Counted from the stretch's first letter, positions 40,786 to 50,748 are shown. The stretch: DNA of 64,000 nt from an uncultured Candidatus Saccharibacteria bacterium (GCA_964456855.1 CAYWCU010000001.1:8442-72441); one strand, 5' to 3'. The notes: a model not told the origin generated them from the letters alone. Numbers and translations: made by a program.

Positions 40786-41661
40786 CTATAAATTTTTCTC
40801 CGCTTCTATAAACTCATTCAATTCCCCATCCAAAATCGCATCCACATCCGATGTTTCAACTCTCGTCCGATGATCCTTCACCATTTGATATGGATGAAAA
40901 ACATAAGACCTTATCTGCCTCCCCCACTCCGCTTCGGTTGTTTTGCTCACCTTCATCGCCTCCTCTTTTTCTTTCTGAATTTCAAGATTTCGCCTGTATA
41001 ACTTCGCTTTTAAGAGTTCCATGGCGCGCTCTTTATTCTGCTGTTGAGAACGCTCCGAATCAACATGCACGGCGATATTGGTCGGCAAATGGACAACTCT
41101 CACGGCCGTTTCCCTTTTGTTGACGTTTTGTCCGCCAGGTCCGCCGGATTTGCTGAATTCAAGCCTTAGGTCCTTTTCCGGAATGTTAATTTCTTTTGAT
41201 TCCACGAAACGAGGTATAACTTCAACCATGGCAAAAGAAGTGTGGCGAAGTTTCTTGGAGGAGAATGGCGAGATTCTCACGAGCCGATGCACGCCGGATT
41301 CGTTTTTCAGAGTACCGTAAACCCTTTTTCCTTTCAGTTCAAATGTGATGTTCTTGTAGCCTCCCGATTCAGGCGCCTTGTGTTCATGCAAAATTTTTCT
41401 TTCCCATCCTTTTTTCTCAGCGAGTTTGGAATACATCTCAAAAAGGATTCTAACCCAATCCTCGGCGTCATCCCCTCCCGCTCCGGCAAATATTGTCAGC
41501 ACCGCGTCTCCTTTATCATATTTATGCTTGGCTTTCTCTTTCTCTTTCAAGACGCCAATTTCCTTTAAGACCTCCCGGGCGCGCTCTTTATTTCCCCAAA
41601 AATCAGGCTCTTGCATCTCATTTTCAAGCTCCTCCAGACTTTTTCCAATTTCATTCATCAT
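40786..41661 (-). CDS. prfB: Peptide chain release factor 2 (short N-domain, no frameshift)
   Basis: HRLVRISPF, GGQNVNK, QIRSYV. Confidence 0.92.
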   Translation of the reverse strand: MMNEIGKSLEELENEMQEPDFWGNKERAREVLKEIGVLKEKEKAKHKYDKGDAVLTIFAGAGGDDAEDWVRILFEMYSKLAEKKGWERKILHEHKAPESGGYKNITFELKGKRVYGTLKNESGVHRLVRISPFSSKKLRHTSFAMVEVIPRFVESKEINIPEKDLRLEFSKSGGPGGQNVNKRETAVRVVHLPTNIAVHVDSERSQQQNKERAMELLKAKLYRRNLEIQKEKEEAMKVSKTTEAEWGRQIRSYVFHPYQMVKDHRTRVETSDVDAILDGELNEFIEAEKNL

Positions 41662-41737
41662 AAAGACATTATAAAGAAAAAAAGCCAATCTTGCAATTGA
41701 ACCGAAAAGTAAATATAATGTGAAAAGGTGAAAATAA

Positions 41738-41809
41738 GCCCGAGTAGCTCAGAGGCAGAGCAACTCCATGGTAAGGAGTAGGTCGGAGGTTCAACTCCTC
41801 TCTCGGGCT
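41738..41809 (+). tRNA. tRNA-Thr(GGT)
   Basis: GCCCGAG/CTCGGGC acceptor, AT-GGT-AA loop. Confidence 0.93.
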
Positions 41810-41816
41810 CAAACAA

Positions 41817-41888
41817 GCCACCTTAGCTCAGTGGTAGAGCAACGCACTCGTAACGCGTAGGTCCTCGGTTCAAATCCGAGAGGTGGCT
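41817..41888 (+). tRNA. tRNA-Thr(CGT)
   Basis: GCCACCT/AGGTGGC acceptor, CT-CGT-AA loop. Confidence 0.93.
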
Positions 41889-41991
41889 CAAAATTAGAGG
41901 CGAAGGCGGACAAATTTACTTTACAGGCAAACGGATATATGCCAGTATATCAACAGTTTTTAGATAAAGAACTTTAAAAAGGAGGTAAGGG

Positions 41992-42402
41992 GTGAAGAGA
42001 AAAATACTGGGATGGATGTGGTTCGCCATTGTCGCCAGTTTTTTGTGGGCGACATGGAGCACGGACCCTGGCATACAAGTGCAGGGTATTATTGCCATTC
42101 TTATTGCCATAGAAGTGGCAATAGGGATGATTGTGTTTGCTGAAAATCTTTTTTCAAAGACCCTCGACCGGTCAGGACTGGTCTTTGAAAAAGGAAAAAG
42201 GGATTTCTTTTTATGTCAGACAATAGATGTCCGGCAAATCGGACATTTATTGTTGATTGTCCTGTCTGGGGGGGGAATAATGGCTCCTCTGACAGCGGTA
42301 ACGCTGATGGCGTTATTGTCCATAGGGGCATTAACGATGATTGTTTTTATCATCGTTAACCTAGATGATAAAATAGAGAAAGGAAAAAGAATAAGAAAAT
42401 AA
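41992..42402 (+). CDS. Hypothetical membrane protein, SD-bearing class
   Basis: GTG start with AAGGAGGT at 41979-41986; hydrophobic helices; terminator at 42420-42445. Confidence 0.72.
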   Translation: MKRKILGWMWFAIVASFLWATWSTDPGIQVQGIIAILIAIEVAIGMIVFAENLFSKTLDRSGLVFEKGKRDFFLCQTIDVRQIGHLLLIVLSGGGIMAPLTAVTLMALLSIGALTMIVFIIVNLDDKIEKGKRIRK

Positions 42403-42545
42403 AACGAAATAAAGAAACAGGGCTCTCCTCGCGAGAGCCTTTTTATTTTTTATGCCGAAAATCATTGACAAAAAGGGATATATCTGCTAAAAAAGAATGA
42501 GAGGCAGAACCTTAACTTCATAATAAAAGATAAAAGGAGGCAGTG

Positions 42546-43793
42546 ATGAAAGAAAGGGTAAAAATGTCCACGCTCCCAAACGGGATTCGCGTGGTTACGC
42601 AGGAAAGGGTTTCAGGAAAGGTCGCGTTCGTGTTCATGGTCGGATGCGGATCCAGATACGACCCAGAAAAGGTGGTGGGTGTTTCTCACGCTCTGGAGCA
42701 CATGATGTTCAAGGGGACAAAAACAAGGAGCGCCTATGACCTCGCGAGGGGGATGAAGAACAATGGCGCTGGAACCAATGCCATGACAGGACTGGAAAGA
42801 ACAGCTTATTTCTTTGATTGCCCTGTTAGCAGGTTTGAAAAAGTTGTTGCGATTTATGCCGACTTTCTCAAAAACAGTGTCTTGGGAGAGGAGGAGTGGG
42901 AAAAAGAAAGAGGCGCTATACTGGAAGAAAGAAAAATGTGCGAAGAAAGCAACACAAACGCGGTTTTTAAACTGCTACAGGAAAAGATGTATAATCTTAA
43001 AATGGGTATTCTTGGGGATGAAGAGACCATAAGAAATATCAAAACCCATCATATGAGGGATATTATCCGCAAATATTACCTACCTAAAAACATTGTAATA
43101 TCAGTCGCCGGCGGAATCAAACACAAACGCGCTCTTGATATTATAAAACGGCTTTTCGGGAATTTTCAGGATTCATGGTCTTTCAATGAAAATCTCCCTT
43201 TTCCCCCTCCCATAGTAAGGAGTAAATGCCAATACGCCGAGAAAATATGCCAAGTTGAACAGACCGGCATGGCCATCGGCTTTCCCGGATATTCGCTTGG
43301 CGACAATCGCCGTTACGCATTGGCGGCGCTGTCCAACATTCTCGGGGGAGGGCTCTCTTCGCGGCTCTTTCAAGAGATACGCGAAAAAAGAGGTTTGGCT
43401 TATAGCATTGGTTCCACCGAGAGAAGTTTTAAGGATATAGGTATTTTATATATCTATATTTACACTACCAAACCAGTAGAGGCACTCGGAATAATGACAT
43501 CTGAGTTGAATAAAATACAAACCTTAATGGTTGCTGAAGAAGAATTGGGGCGGGCTAAATTCCAGTTAAAATCGGAATTGACTTGTCAGGAAAATTCTTC
43601 AAGTTTCGCCCTAAGCAACGCCCAATACCTACTCTTTCATGGAGGTGTAATTTCGGAAAGCGAGTACTGCGCCAAAATAGACGCGGTTACGGAGGATGAC
43701 ATAATTGAGGCGGCGAGAGATATTCTCAATCTCAATAAAGCGACAGTGGCCATAACCGGTCCAAAGTCGCTGAAAGAACGAATAGTAAAATAA
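42546..43793 (+). CDS. M16 (pitrilysin-family) metallopeptidase, SD-bearing class
   Basis: GVSHALEHMMFKGT, SSRLFQEIREKRGLAY; AGGAGG at 42535-42540; CAGAACCTTAAC at 42505-42516. Confidence 0.93.
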   Translation: MKERVKMSTLPNGIRVVTQERVSGKVAFVFMVGCGSRYDPEKVVGVSHALEHMMFKGTKTRSAYDLARGMKNNGAGTNAMTGLERTAYFFDCPVSRFEKVVAIYADFLKNSVLGEEEWEKERGAILEERKMCEESNTNAVFKLLQEKMYNLKMGILGDEETIRNIKTHHMRDIIRKYYLPKNIVISVAGGIKHKRALDIIKRLFGNFQDSWSFNENLPFPPPIVRSKCQYAEKICQVEQTGMAIGFPGYSLGDNRRYALAALSNILGGGLSSRLFQEIREKRGLAYSIGSTERSFKDIGILYIYIYTTKPVEALGIMTSELNKIQTLMVAEEELGRAKFQLKSELTCQENSSSFALSNAQYLLFHGGVISESEYCAKIDAVTEDDIIEAARDILNLNKATVAITGPKSLKERIVK

Positions 43794-43808
43794 GCGAACA
43801 AAAAACTC

Positions 43809-43841
43809 AAATGGGAATCCTCGCCGGATTCCCATTTTTTT
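43809..43841. terminator. Bidirectional terminator
   Basis: aaatgggaatcc-tcgcc-ggattcccattttt. Confidence 0.75.
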
Positions 43842-45018
43842 ATTTGAGAGAGTTTTCCAAATCTTCAATTATATCTTCAATATCCTCAATTCCGACCGAA
43901 ATTCTCACCATGCCGTCCGTGATGCCGGCCTTTTTTCTTTCCTCCTCCCCGAGCTGCTGATGTGTGGTTGAAGCCGGATGTATCGCCAATGTTTTCACGT
44001 CCCCGAGATTCGCCATATGTCCGATAATGTCCAGAGAGTTTATGAATTTTACGCCCGCTTCCATTCCGCCTTTCAACTCAAAAGAAAACAGCGAACTGGC
44101 GCCTCTCATCTGCTTCTTCCCTAATTCATATTGCGGATGCGACGGCAGTCCGACATAATTGACTTTCTCAACGGCGGGATGTTTTTCCAGATATTCTGCC
44201 ACCTTCAATGCGTTTTCGCTGTGCCTCTCCATCCTCATTTTCAAAGTCTTGATTCCCTGCAAAATAAACCACGCGTCAACCGCCTGCAGCGAAGGACCGA
44301 TATCACGGAAACCTTCCATGCGAATCTTGTCTATGAATTCTTTTTTCCCGAGCACCGCTCCACCGAGAGTCGTTCCCAATCCGCCAATGTATTTCGTAAG
44401 AGAATGAACAACGACATCCGCTCCGAGCTCAATGGGGTTCTGCAGAGCGGGCGTGCAGATGGTGTTGTCTATCACCAGAGGGATGCCGTGTTTCTTTGCC
44501 AATTTGGCGAGCTCGGCAATATCAACTATTTCATTCGTGGGGTTTCCAGGAGTCTCCGCGTAAAGAAATTTTGTTTTATCCGTTATCAATTCTTCCCACT
44601 TGCCTAAATCGCTCACATCATCCGCGAACTTAACTTGGATACCCAGTTTTTTGAGCGTCTCGCTGAACAGGTGGAATGTTCCGCCGTAAACCCTGTTGCC
44701 GGAAACAAACTCGTCGCCCGCCTGCGCCAGATGAATGACGGCCATAAAAATGGCGGACATTCCAGTAGAGGAACAGAGTCCCGCCTCGGCGCCTTCCAAG
44801 TCTGCCAGTTTCTTTTCCAAAACGTCAACTGTGGGATTGTTGATTCTGCTGTACACGAAACCCTCCGCCTCGCCACTGAAAATTTGGGCGGCGTTCTCGG
44901 TGTTCAGAAAATGATAAGCCGCCGTCTGAAAAATGGGCACGGCGCACGACTGCTTGTCCCCGCACGGATACCCCGAATGAATCGCCCTTGTATTGAAACC
45001 CACTTTCTTTTTTTTCAT
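43840..45018 (-). CDS. Cys/Met metabolism PLP enzyme (O-acylhomoserine sulfhydrylase / methionine gamma-lyase family)
   Basis: YSRINNPT, ETPGNP, DNT, HSLTKYIGG, ANLGD, HPASTTH. Confidence 0.92.
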   Translation of the reverse strand: MKKKKVGFNTRAIHSGYPCGDKQSCAVPIFQTAAYHFLNTENAAQIFSGEAEGFVYSRINNPTVDVLEKKLADLEGAEAGLCSSTGMSAIFMAVIHLAQAGDEFVSGNRVYGGTFHLFSETLKKLGIQVKFADDVSDLGKWEELITDKTKFLYAETPGNPTNEIVDIAELAKLAKKHGIPLVIDNTICTPALQNPIELGADVVVHSLTKYIGGLGTTLGGAVLGKKEFIDKIRMEGFRDIGPSLQAVDAWFILQGIKTLKMRMERHSENALKVAEYLEKHPAVEKVNYVGLPSHPQYELGKKQMRGASSLFSFELKGGMEAGVKFINSLDIIGHMANLGDVKTLAIHPASTTHQQLGEEERKKAGITDGMVRISVGIEDIEDIIEDLENSLK

Positions 45019-45095
45019 GATTTTTATGCGTTGTTTATTATAATTTATCGCAGTTGTTATATTATAAAGAAAAACACGCCATTTATCAAAAAAGT

Positions 45096-45120
45096 GGCCC
45101 CAAACCGTCGGTTTGGGGCC
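45096..45120 (-). terminator. Terminator of the M42 peptidase gene
   Basis: ggccccaaacc-gtc-ggtttggggcc with T tract on the minus strand. Confidence 0.75.
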
Positions 45121-45125
45121 TAATT

Positions 45126-46205
45126 TTACAAACAAGTATCTGTTATTTCTTTTATACTATTATCCTCCCTCAACCAGACACCCGCTATCAACTTGATAGC
45201 GGCCTCCACGTCCCCCTCGTGGACCATCTCCACGGGGGAATGCATATACCTGTTCGGTATAGAAATCAGCGCGGTCGGCACTCCCGCGCGGCTGACCTGC
45301 ATTTCCCGAGCGTCCGTTCCCGTCACTCCGGGAGCGGCTTCTATCTGGATTTTAATGTCCAGTTCTGCCGCCGTCCGCCTGATTTTTTCAAAAAGGCTGG
45401 GGTTGATATTCGGGCCCCGGGCGACAATCGGTCCGCCACCCATTTTCATAGATCCCAGCGCCTTAACATCCTCGCTGGAATCCGGCACGTCGGTAGCGAA
45501 ACCAACGTCCACGGCTATCCCGAAATCGGGATTGATGCCGTAGGCGGATGTTTTCGCGCCCCGGCAGCCGATTTCCTCTTGAACGGTCGCCACGGCGTAC
45601 ACCGCCGCTTTCGGCTTCATTTTGGAAATCAGGCTCAATGCCTCCAAAATGATAAAGGCGCCGATTTTGTCATCAAACCCGCGACCCGTGAGAAGTCCGT
45701 TTCTCAAACTTCTCATTCCCGGGCTGGAGATAACGGCCGAATCGCCAATGCTGACGACCGACACTGCCTCCTTATAATCTTTGAATCCGCAATCTATCCA
45801 AAGACTGCGGAATTCCGCCACCCTCTTACTCTCTTCCAGAGAGAGAAGATGAATCGGCTTCTTGCCGATTACCCCAATTACAGGGCCGGTCCCTGTCCTG
45901 ATCTCAACGCGCTGGCCGGGTAAAATCTGCCGGTCCCAGCCTCCTATTCCTCTGAAATAAAGGAACCCTTGCGGATTGATATATGTAATCATCAATCCGA
46001 TTTCATCAATGTGCCCCGCGAGCATTATGCGGGGGCTTCCTTCAGGGTTCACCACGGCGATTGAATTGCCGTGAGAATCCGTATAAACCTTGTCGGCGAA
46101 TCTCTTCGCTTTTTTCCGCCAAATGGCGGAAATCTCTTCTTCAAACCCTGATGGAGACGGTGTCTCCATCAAGAACTGTAAAAATTCATAACTGTCAGTT
46201 TTCAC
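45126..46205 (-). CDS. M42 (TET/glutamyl) aminopeptidase, SD-bearing class
   Basis: PSGFE, AGHIDEIG, FDDK, VQEEIG, GTDA, RYMHSPVE; GTG start with AAGGAGG at 46212-46218. Confidence 0.93.
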   Translation of the reverse strand: MKTDSYEFLQFLMETPSPSGFEEEISAIWRKKAKRFADKVYTDSHGNSIAVVNPEGSPRIMLAGHIDEIGLMITYINPQGFLYFRGIGGWDRQILPGQRVEIRTGTGPVIGVIGKKPIHLLSLEESKRVAEFRSLWIDCGFKDYKEAVSVVSIGDSAVISSPGMRSLRNGLLTGRGFDDKIGAFIILEALSLISKMKPKAAVYAVATVQEEIGCRGAKTSAYGINPDFGIAVDVGFATDVPDSSEDVKALGSMKMGGGPIVARGPNINPSLFEKIRRTAAELDIKIQIEAAPGVTGTDAREMQVSRAGVPTALISIPNRYMHSPVEMVHEGDVEAAIKLIAGVWLREDNSIKEITDTCL

Positions 46206-46314
46206 TTTCTTCCTCCTTGCTTAGAAAAAATTTGATTGTTAAACTGCTTAAACTGTTTCCAATACTACTGAAATAATACCGCTTTGTCAACGAAACTAAG
46301 TAAATTCAATGTGT

Positions 46315-46353
46315 TGATACTCACTTGGGTGCCTTGCACCTAAGTGAGTATCA
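46315..46353. repeat. Near-perfect palindrome, 18-bp arms
   Basis: tgatactcacttgggtgc-ctt-gcacctaagtgagtatca, one mismatch. Confidence 0.8.
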
Positions 46354-46499
46354 TTCAAGCGAGAGTTGCAAATTGTCCGATATTGTGCAAAAATAACAAC
46401 ACAAGGACATTAAAAAAGATTCAGCAACAGGAGCGAAGCGATGAAACTTGAAAAATATCTGAAGTCGCTGAAAAATAGAGAGCGTTTACTACAATGGAT

Positions 46500-46570
46500 A
46501 GCGGGATGGAGGAGTAGTACCTCGGGAGGCTCATAACCTCCAGGCGCCGGTGCAATTCCGGCTCCCGCAA
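46500..46570 (+). tRNA. tRNA-Met(CAT), probably initiator, atypical
   Basis: A1:A72 mismatch, GCGGGA/TCCCGC stem, CT-CAT-AA loop, TGCAATT T-loop. Confidence 0.8.
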
Positions 46571-46573
46571 CAA

Positions 46574-46614
46574 GAAAAACAGAAAACCGCCATTACGGCG
46601 GTTTTCTGTTTTCT
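46574..46614. terminator. Bidirectional terminator between convergent tRNAs
   Basis: aaaacagaaaaccgcc-attac-ggcggttttctgtttt. Confidence 0.8.
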
Positions 46615-46617
46615 GTG

Positions 46618-46692
46618 CGCAGCCGACCGGATTTGAACCGGCGATCTCCTCCGTGACAGGGAGGCGTGTTAACCGGGCTACACCACGGCTGC
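46618..46692 (-). tRNA. tRNA-Asp(GTC)
   Basis: GCAGCCG/CGGCTGC acceptor, CT-GTC-AC loop. Confidence 0.94.
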
Positions 46693-46701
46693 ATTCCACT
46701 G

Positions 46702-46775
46702 TGCCGATGGGAGGATTTGAACCTCCGACCCCAGCTTTATGAGTGCTGTGCTCTAACCAACTGAGCTACACCGGC
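46702..46775 (-). tRNA. tRNA with CAT anticodon (elongator Met or Ile2)
   Basis: GCCGGTG/CATCGGC acceptor, CT-CAT-AA loop. Confidence 0.88.
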
Positions 46776-46851
46776 ATATGGCGCGACTGGTGTGAGGATA
46801 AGAATAAACTACGCCGGCAACTCCCCTCACCTAATAGAGTATAAATGAAAC

Positions 46852-47427
46852 TCAAAGGTATTTCAACTCCTTGAGCGCCTTTTCATATTTTTCAACCGCT
46901 CCTTGCGCCGTCGCTCTGTCAAGTTCCATTTTTCCAGGTTCGTGGACTATCCTATTTCTTATTTTGTGCGCCTCCCAAATATTTTGCAAATTTTCAAAAT
47001 CGCTTGACTCTATGGTTTTCAGCCGCTCGGCCAAAGTTTTTCCTTCATATCCGATTCTTTTCATTATATCGTCAATAAGGGAATCAGCTTCAATAATCGC
47101 CATTTTCCATTCAATGGGATTGTCGCCATCAAGATGGCGTTTGATTTCATTCCACCTCGCCACGCGTTTTTCGGGCAATTCCTCTTCAGAGAGAAAATCA
47201 AAATAAGCAATAATTTTCTTTTTGCGCAAACGAATTATTTTACAAACAACAATAATAATCGCGATAGCAAGAATAATGGAAACAACAATTGAAACGGTCT
47301 TCAGATGAAAACGCGACAACCAATTCAAAAATTCCAACAGTTTCTCCGGCAAGAGCCTTAAAAATTCAAAAAATCTGTTGAACCAATACTCAAGATTTAA
47401 ATATTCTGGTGTCGGGAGCTTATTCAT
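46852..47427 (-). CDS. Membrane-anchored hypothetical protein
   Basis: TM then AIIEAD, GKTLAERLK, WEAHKIRNRIVHE; overlaps the gatA end. Confidence 0.78.
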   Translation of the reverse strand: MNKLPTPEYLNLEYWFNRFFEFLRLLPEKLLEFLNWLSRFHLKTVSIVVSIILAIAIIIVVCKIIRLRKKKIIAYFDFLSEEELPEKRVARWNEIKRHLDGDNPIEWKMAIIEADSLIDDIMKRIGYEGKTLAERLKTIESSDFENLQNIWEAHKIRNRIVHEPGKMELDRATAQGAVEKYEKALKELKYL

Positions 47428-48838
47428 GTGATTCGTATTGTTTTCCCAATTTAAATAAAATGTCCTCGCGGAACCATGGAGCCATAAACTGAATCCCGGC
47501 GGGAAGGCTGTCACCGGTTTTCCCGGGAACGGATATTGCCGGAACACCTGCCAAATTCGCCGAAACGGTAAAGACATCCGAAAGATACATCTGGACGGGA
47601 TCGTCAGTTTTTTCTCCAAATTTGAATGCCACAGTCGGAGCGGTAGGCAGAATTATGGCGTCAACATCCTTAAAGAGTTTTTGAAATTGTCCTTTTATCA
47701 TGGCGCGAACCTTTCCGGCTTTTCCATAATAGGCGTCGTAATATCCGGCCGATAAAACATAAGCGCCGAGCATAACTCGCCTCCGCGCTTCTCTGCCAAA
47801 TCCAGCCGCTCTGGTTTCCATATAGTCTTCCAAAAGATTCTTTCCTTGTTTAAGAAAACCATATCTCACTCCATCAAAGCGAGCGAGGTTGGCGGAAACT
47901 TCCGCCGGCATAATTATGTAGTAACAAGGCAATGAATATTTAAGAAGTGGTAATTCCACCTCTTTAATTTCGTGTCCGAGTTTTTTCATTTTTGCAATCG
48001 CCTCTTTCATGGTTTCTGCCACTGTTTCGTCAATTCCGCTATCATCATATTTTAAGACCCCTATTCTTAAGGGTTTTTCCAAATTATCTCCCGCGACTCT
48101 CGCCGGACTTTCCACCGAGGTTGAGTCTTTCTCGTCGCGCCCTTTTATAACATTAAAAACAATCTCGGCATCCTCAACCGTCTTAGTCAAAGGTCCTATC
48201 TGATCCAAGGATGACGCCATGGCCATCAAACCGTACCGAGATACGGATCCGTAGGTGGGCTTTAACCCCACCACGCCGCAAAAACTTGCGGGTTGACGAA
48301 CGGAACCCCCTGTGTCAGAACCAATACCCACCAGAGCGCCATCCATCGCCACAGCCGCGGCAGATCCTCCAGAGGATCCCCCAGGAACCCTTTCAATATC
48401 AAGAGGATTTTTTGTAGGTCCGAAAGCGGATGTTTCCGTTGACGAACCCATGGCAAATTCATCCATATTCGTTCTGCCGAGAAAAATTGCCCCGGCGGAG
48501 CGTAATTTTTCAATGACTGAAGCGTCGTAGACGGCGGTGTAATTTTCCAAAATCTTTGATCCGGCTGAACAGGTTTTGCCTTTTATTAAAATATTGTCCT
48601 TAATCGCGAAAGGAATCCCCGACAACGCCTTAGGCTCGTCTCCCGCCAAAATTTGCTTATCAATTTCTTCGGCGCGCGCGAAAGCCTCTTCGTCAAAAGT
48701 TTCCAAATAGGCGTGAACTTCGCCGTTTTTTTTCTTGATATTTTCCTGGTAGGCAATCAAAATCTCCCGCGCCGAAATATCTCCGTCGTGTATCATGCCA
48801 ATAGCCTTCTTAATGCTGAGATTTTTTAAGTCAATCAT
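47420..48838 (-). CDS. gatA: Asp/Glu-tRNA amidotransferase subunit A
   Basis: NMDEFAMGSS, PGGSSGGSAAAVA, GSDTGGS, NLARFDGVRYG. Confidence 0.97.
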   Translation of the reverse strand: MIDLKNLSIKKAIGMIHDGDISAREILIAYQENIKKKNGEVHAYLETFDEEAFARAEEIDKQILAGDEPKALSGIPFAIKDNILIKGKTCSAGSKILENYTAVYDASVIEKLRSAGAIFLGRTNMDEFAMGSSTETSAFGPTKNPLDIERVPGGSSGGSAAAVAMDGALVGIGSDTGGSVRQPASFCGVVGLKPTYGSVSRYGLMAMASSLDQIGPLTKTVEDAEIVFNVIKGRDEKDSTSVESPARVAGDNLEKPLRIGVLKYDDSGIDETVAETMKEAIAKMKKLGHEIKEVELPLLKYSLPCYYIIMPAEVSANLARFDGVRYGFLKQGKNLLEDYMETRAAGFGREARRRVMLGAYVLSAGYYDAYYGKAGKVRAMIKGQFQKLFKDVDAIILPTAPTVAFKFGEKTDDPVQMYLSDVFTVSANLAGVPAISVPGKTGDSLPAGIQFMAPWFREDILFKLGKQYESHE

Positions 48839-48865
48839 TTTAATATAAAATTAAAAATCAATATT

Positions 48866-49153
48866 CTATTCAAGCGCGCGCTTTACCTTCACATATCCTC
48901 CTTCGGTAAAAGGAGCCTCTTCCAGCAAGGAATCAGAAAACTCTCCCGGTTCGTTTGTCGGTTTATCTTCACGCTCCACATTTTCCAAACCGCTCGCGCC
49001 AAAAACCCGTTTGTCATCCATTTCTTCAACATCCAGTTCCGTCAATTTGGAAATATAATTCAAAACATCCTCAAACTCGGTTTGAAGTTTCTCTTTTTCG
49101 TCTGATCCCAATTTGATTCTGGCCAATAAAGCTAATTTTTCAATATCTACCAT
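48866..49153 (-). CDS. gatC: Asp/Glu-tRNA amidotransferase subunit C
   Basis: KLALLARI, ENVERED, YVKV; directly upstream of gatA. Confidence 0.9.
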   Translation of the reverse strand: MVDIEKLALLARIKLGSDEKEKLQTEFEDVLNYISKLTELDVEEMDDKRVFGASGLENVEREDKPTNEPGEFSDSLLEEAPFTEGGYVKVKRALE

Positions 49154-49192
49154 TATTCTTAAATTATATACTAAATGTGCTAAAATTCCAGC

Positions 49193-50254
49193 ATGCGGGG
49201 ACATTTTAAAAGAGGCGCGAGATATGCCTTTTGGATAACAATCAGTATTTTGACTGGAGTTTTTTTAATGTCTTTATCCATAAAAGCGGTCCAATACGCT
49301 TACCGAGATTTGCCGGTCAGCCAGGCGCGCGTAAAAGAAAAACCCCGAGAAAGCGCCTTTGTTTTTAAAAATCGCGAACAAAAAAAAATAAAGCCCCGAA
49401 AAGACACTTTGCTTCTTTTTACAGGAGACATAATGCTTGACAGGGCGGTGCGAAAATCAGTGAAAAAAAATGCCAGTGGCGACTTTTCTTTTCTGTTCCA
49501 AAAAATAAAACCCGCCGTGCAGAAAGCGGACATCGCTTTCGGAAATCTTGAAGGACCTGTTTCCGATGTTGGAAGCGATATCGGAAATCTGTATTCTTTC
49601 AGGATGCCGCCGGAAGCACTGGAGGCGATAAAGGATGCCGGTTTTGACGCATTGTCGCTCGCGAACAATCACACCGGAGACTGGGGAAGGGTGGCATTTG
49701 AGGATACTCTTCTCAGACTGAACACTGCCGGCATTCTCCCCGTCGGCGGAGGATACAATGAAAACAACGCCGTCAATTCAAAGCCCATTTCCAAAAACGG
49801 ACTCCGTTTTTCATTTCTGGGGTTCAGCGACGTAGGTCCGAAATGGCTCAAGGCGTCCAAAAACAGATCCGGAATTTTAATCGCTGACGGCAGTTTCGCG
49901 AAGACAATCAAAAAGATGGCAAAAAAAACGGATGTTTTAATCATTTCAATTCATTTCGGGGAGGAGTATAAAAAATTCTCAAACAAAAGACAGCAGATGC
50001 TCGCGAAAAGTGCGATTGATAACGGAGCGAAAATAGTCATCGGACATCACCCGCATGTCACACAGGAGGTGGAAAAATATAAAGACGGAATAATCGCCTA
50101 CAGCCTGGGTAATTTTATATTTGATCAAAATTTTTCCAAAGAAACAATGCGAGGTTTGATGCTTGAAGTGGTAATTTCTCCCGACGGAAAAATAAAGTCC
50201 TTCAAAAAACGAATGGTAAAAATGAACGAGTTTTTCCAACCTGAGTTGCAATAA
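49193..50254 (+). CDS. CapA / poly-gamma-glutamate synthesis family metallophosphoesterase
   Basis: GDIMLDR, GNLE, SLANNH, IHFGEE, GHHPHV, YSLGNFIF. Confidence 0.9.
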   Translation: MRGHFKRGARYAFWITISILTGVFLMSLSIKAVQYAYRDLPVSQARVKEKPRESAFVFKNREQKKIKPRKDTLLLFTGDIMLDRAVRKSVKKNASGDFSFLFQKIKPAVQKADIAFGNLEGPVSDVGSDIGNLYSFRMPPEALEAIKDAGFDALSLANNHTGDWGRVAFEDTLLRLNTAGILPVGGGYNENNAVNSKPISKNGLRFSFLGFSDVGPKWLKASKNRSGILIADGSFAKTIKKMAKKTDVLIISIHFGEEYKKFSNKRQQMLAKSAIDNGAKIVIGHHPHVTQEVEKYKDGIIAYSLGNFIFDQNFSKETMRGLMLEVVISPDGKIKSFKKRMVKMNEFFQPELQ

Positions 50255-50274
50255 TCCCTCAGAGCATTAAGGCA

Positions 50275-50748
50275 TTAAGCGAGCAATTCCTTGACAATTT
50301 TGTTAACCAAAGCGCCATCCGCCTTGCCTTTTGTTTGAGGAGCCAAAATGGCCATTACTTTGCCTATTTCTTTTTGTTCAGAAACCCCAGCCTGCTCTAT
50401 CGCCCTTTTGGCCAATTCTCCAATTTCCTCCTCGGACATCTGCTCCGGGAGATAAGCGGACAAAATTTCAAGCTCTTTTTTTTCTTTTTCAGCCTGCTCC
50501 GCGCGCCCTCCTTTTTCGTAAAGTCCTATGGCATCCTTTCTTTTCTTGGCTTCTTTGAAAATGACCTGGATAATTTCTTCGTCAGAAAGCTCTTCAAACG
50601 GCTCTCCTTTTTTGGCCAATCTTGTCTTTTTTTCTATTTCCGCATTCTTGATGCCGGCCTGCAACATTTTTAAGACAAGCGTTCTGTCAGCGTCTTTGGC
50701 TTTAAAGGCCTCTATAAAATCTTTTTGTATTTTTTCCTTCAAATTCAT
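50275..50748 (-). CDS. GatB/YqeY domain protein
   Basis: KEAKKRKDAI, YLPEQMSEEE, GKVM, GKADG. Confidence 0.92.
   Translation of the reverse strand: MNLKEKIQKDFIEAFKAKDADRTLVLKMLQAGIKNAEIEKKTRLAKKGEPFEELSDEEIIQVIFKEAKKRKDAIGLYEKGGRAEQAEKEKKELEILSAYLPEQMSEEEIGELAKRAIEQAGVSEQKEIGKVMAILAPQTKGKADGALVNKIVKELLA

Noticed and set aside
45054-45923. 289 aa plus-strand ORF
   Set aside because: Antisense shadow of the M42 peptidase with no recognisable motifs; the same applies to other antisense ORFs such as 32182-32847
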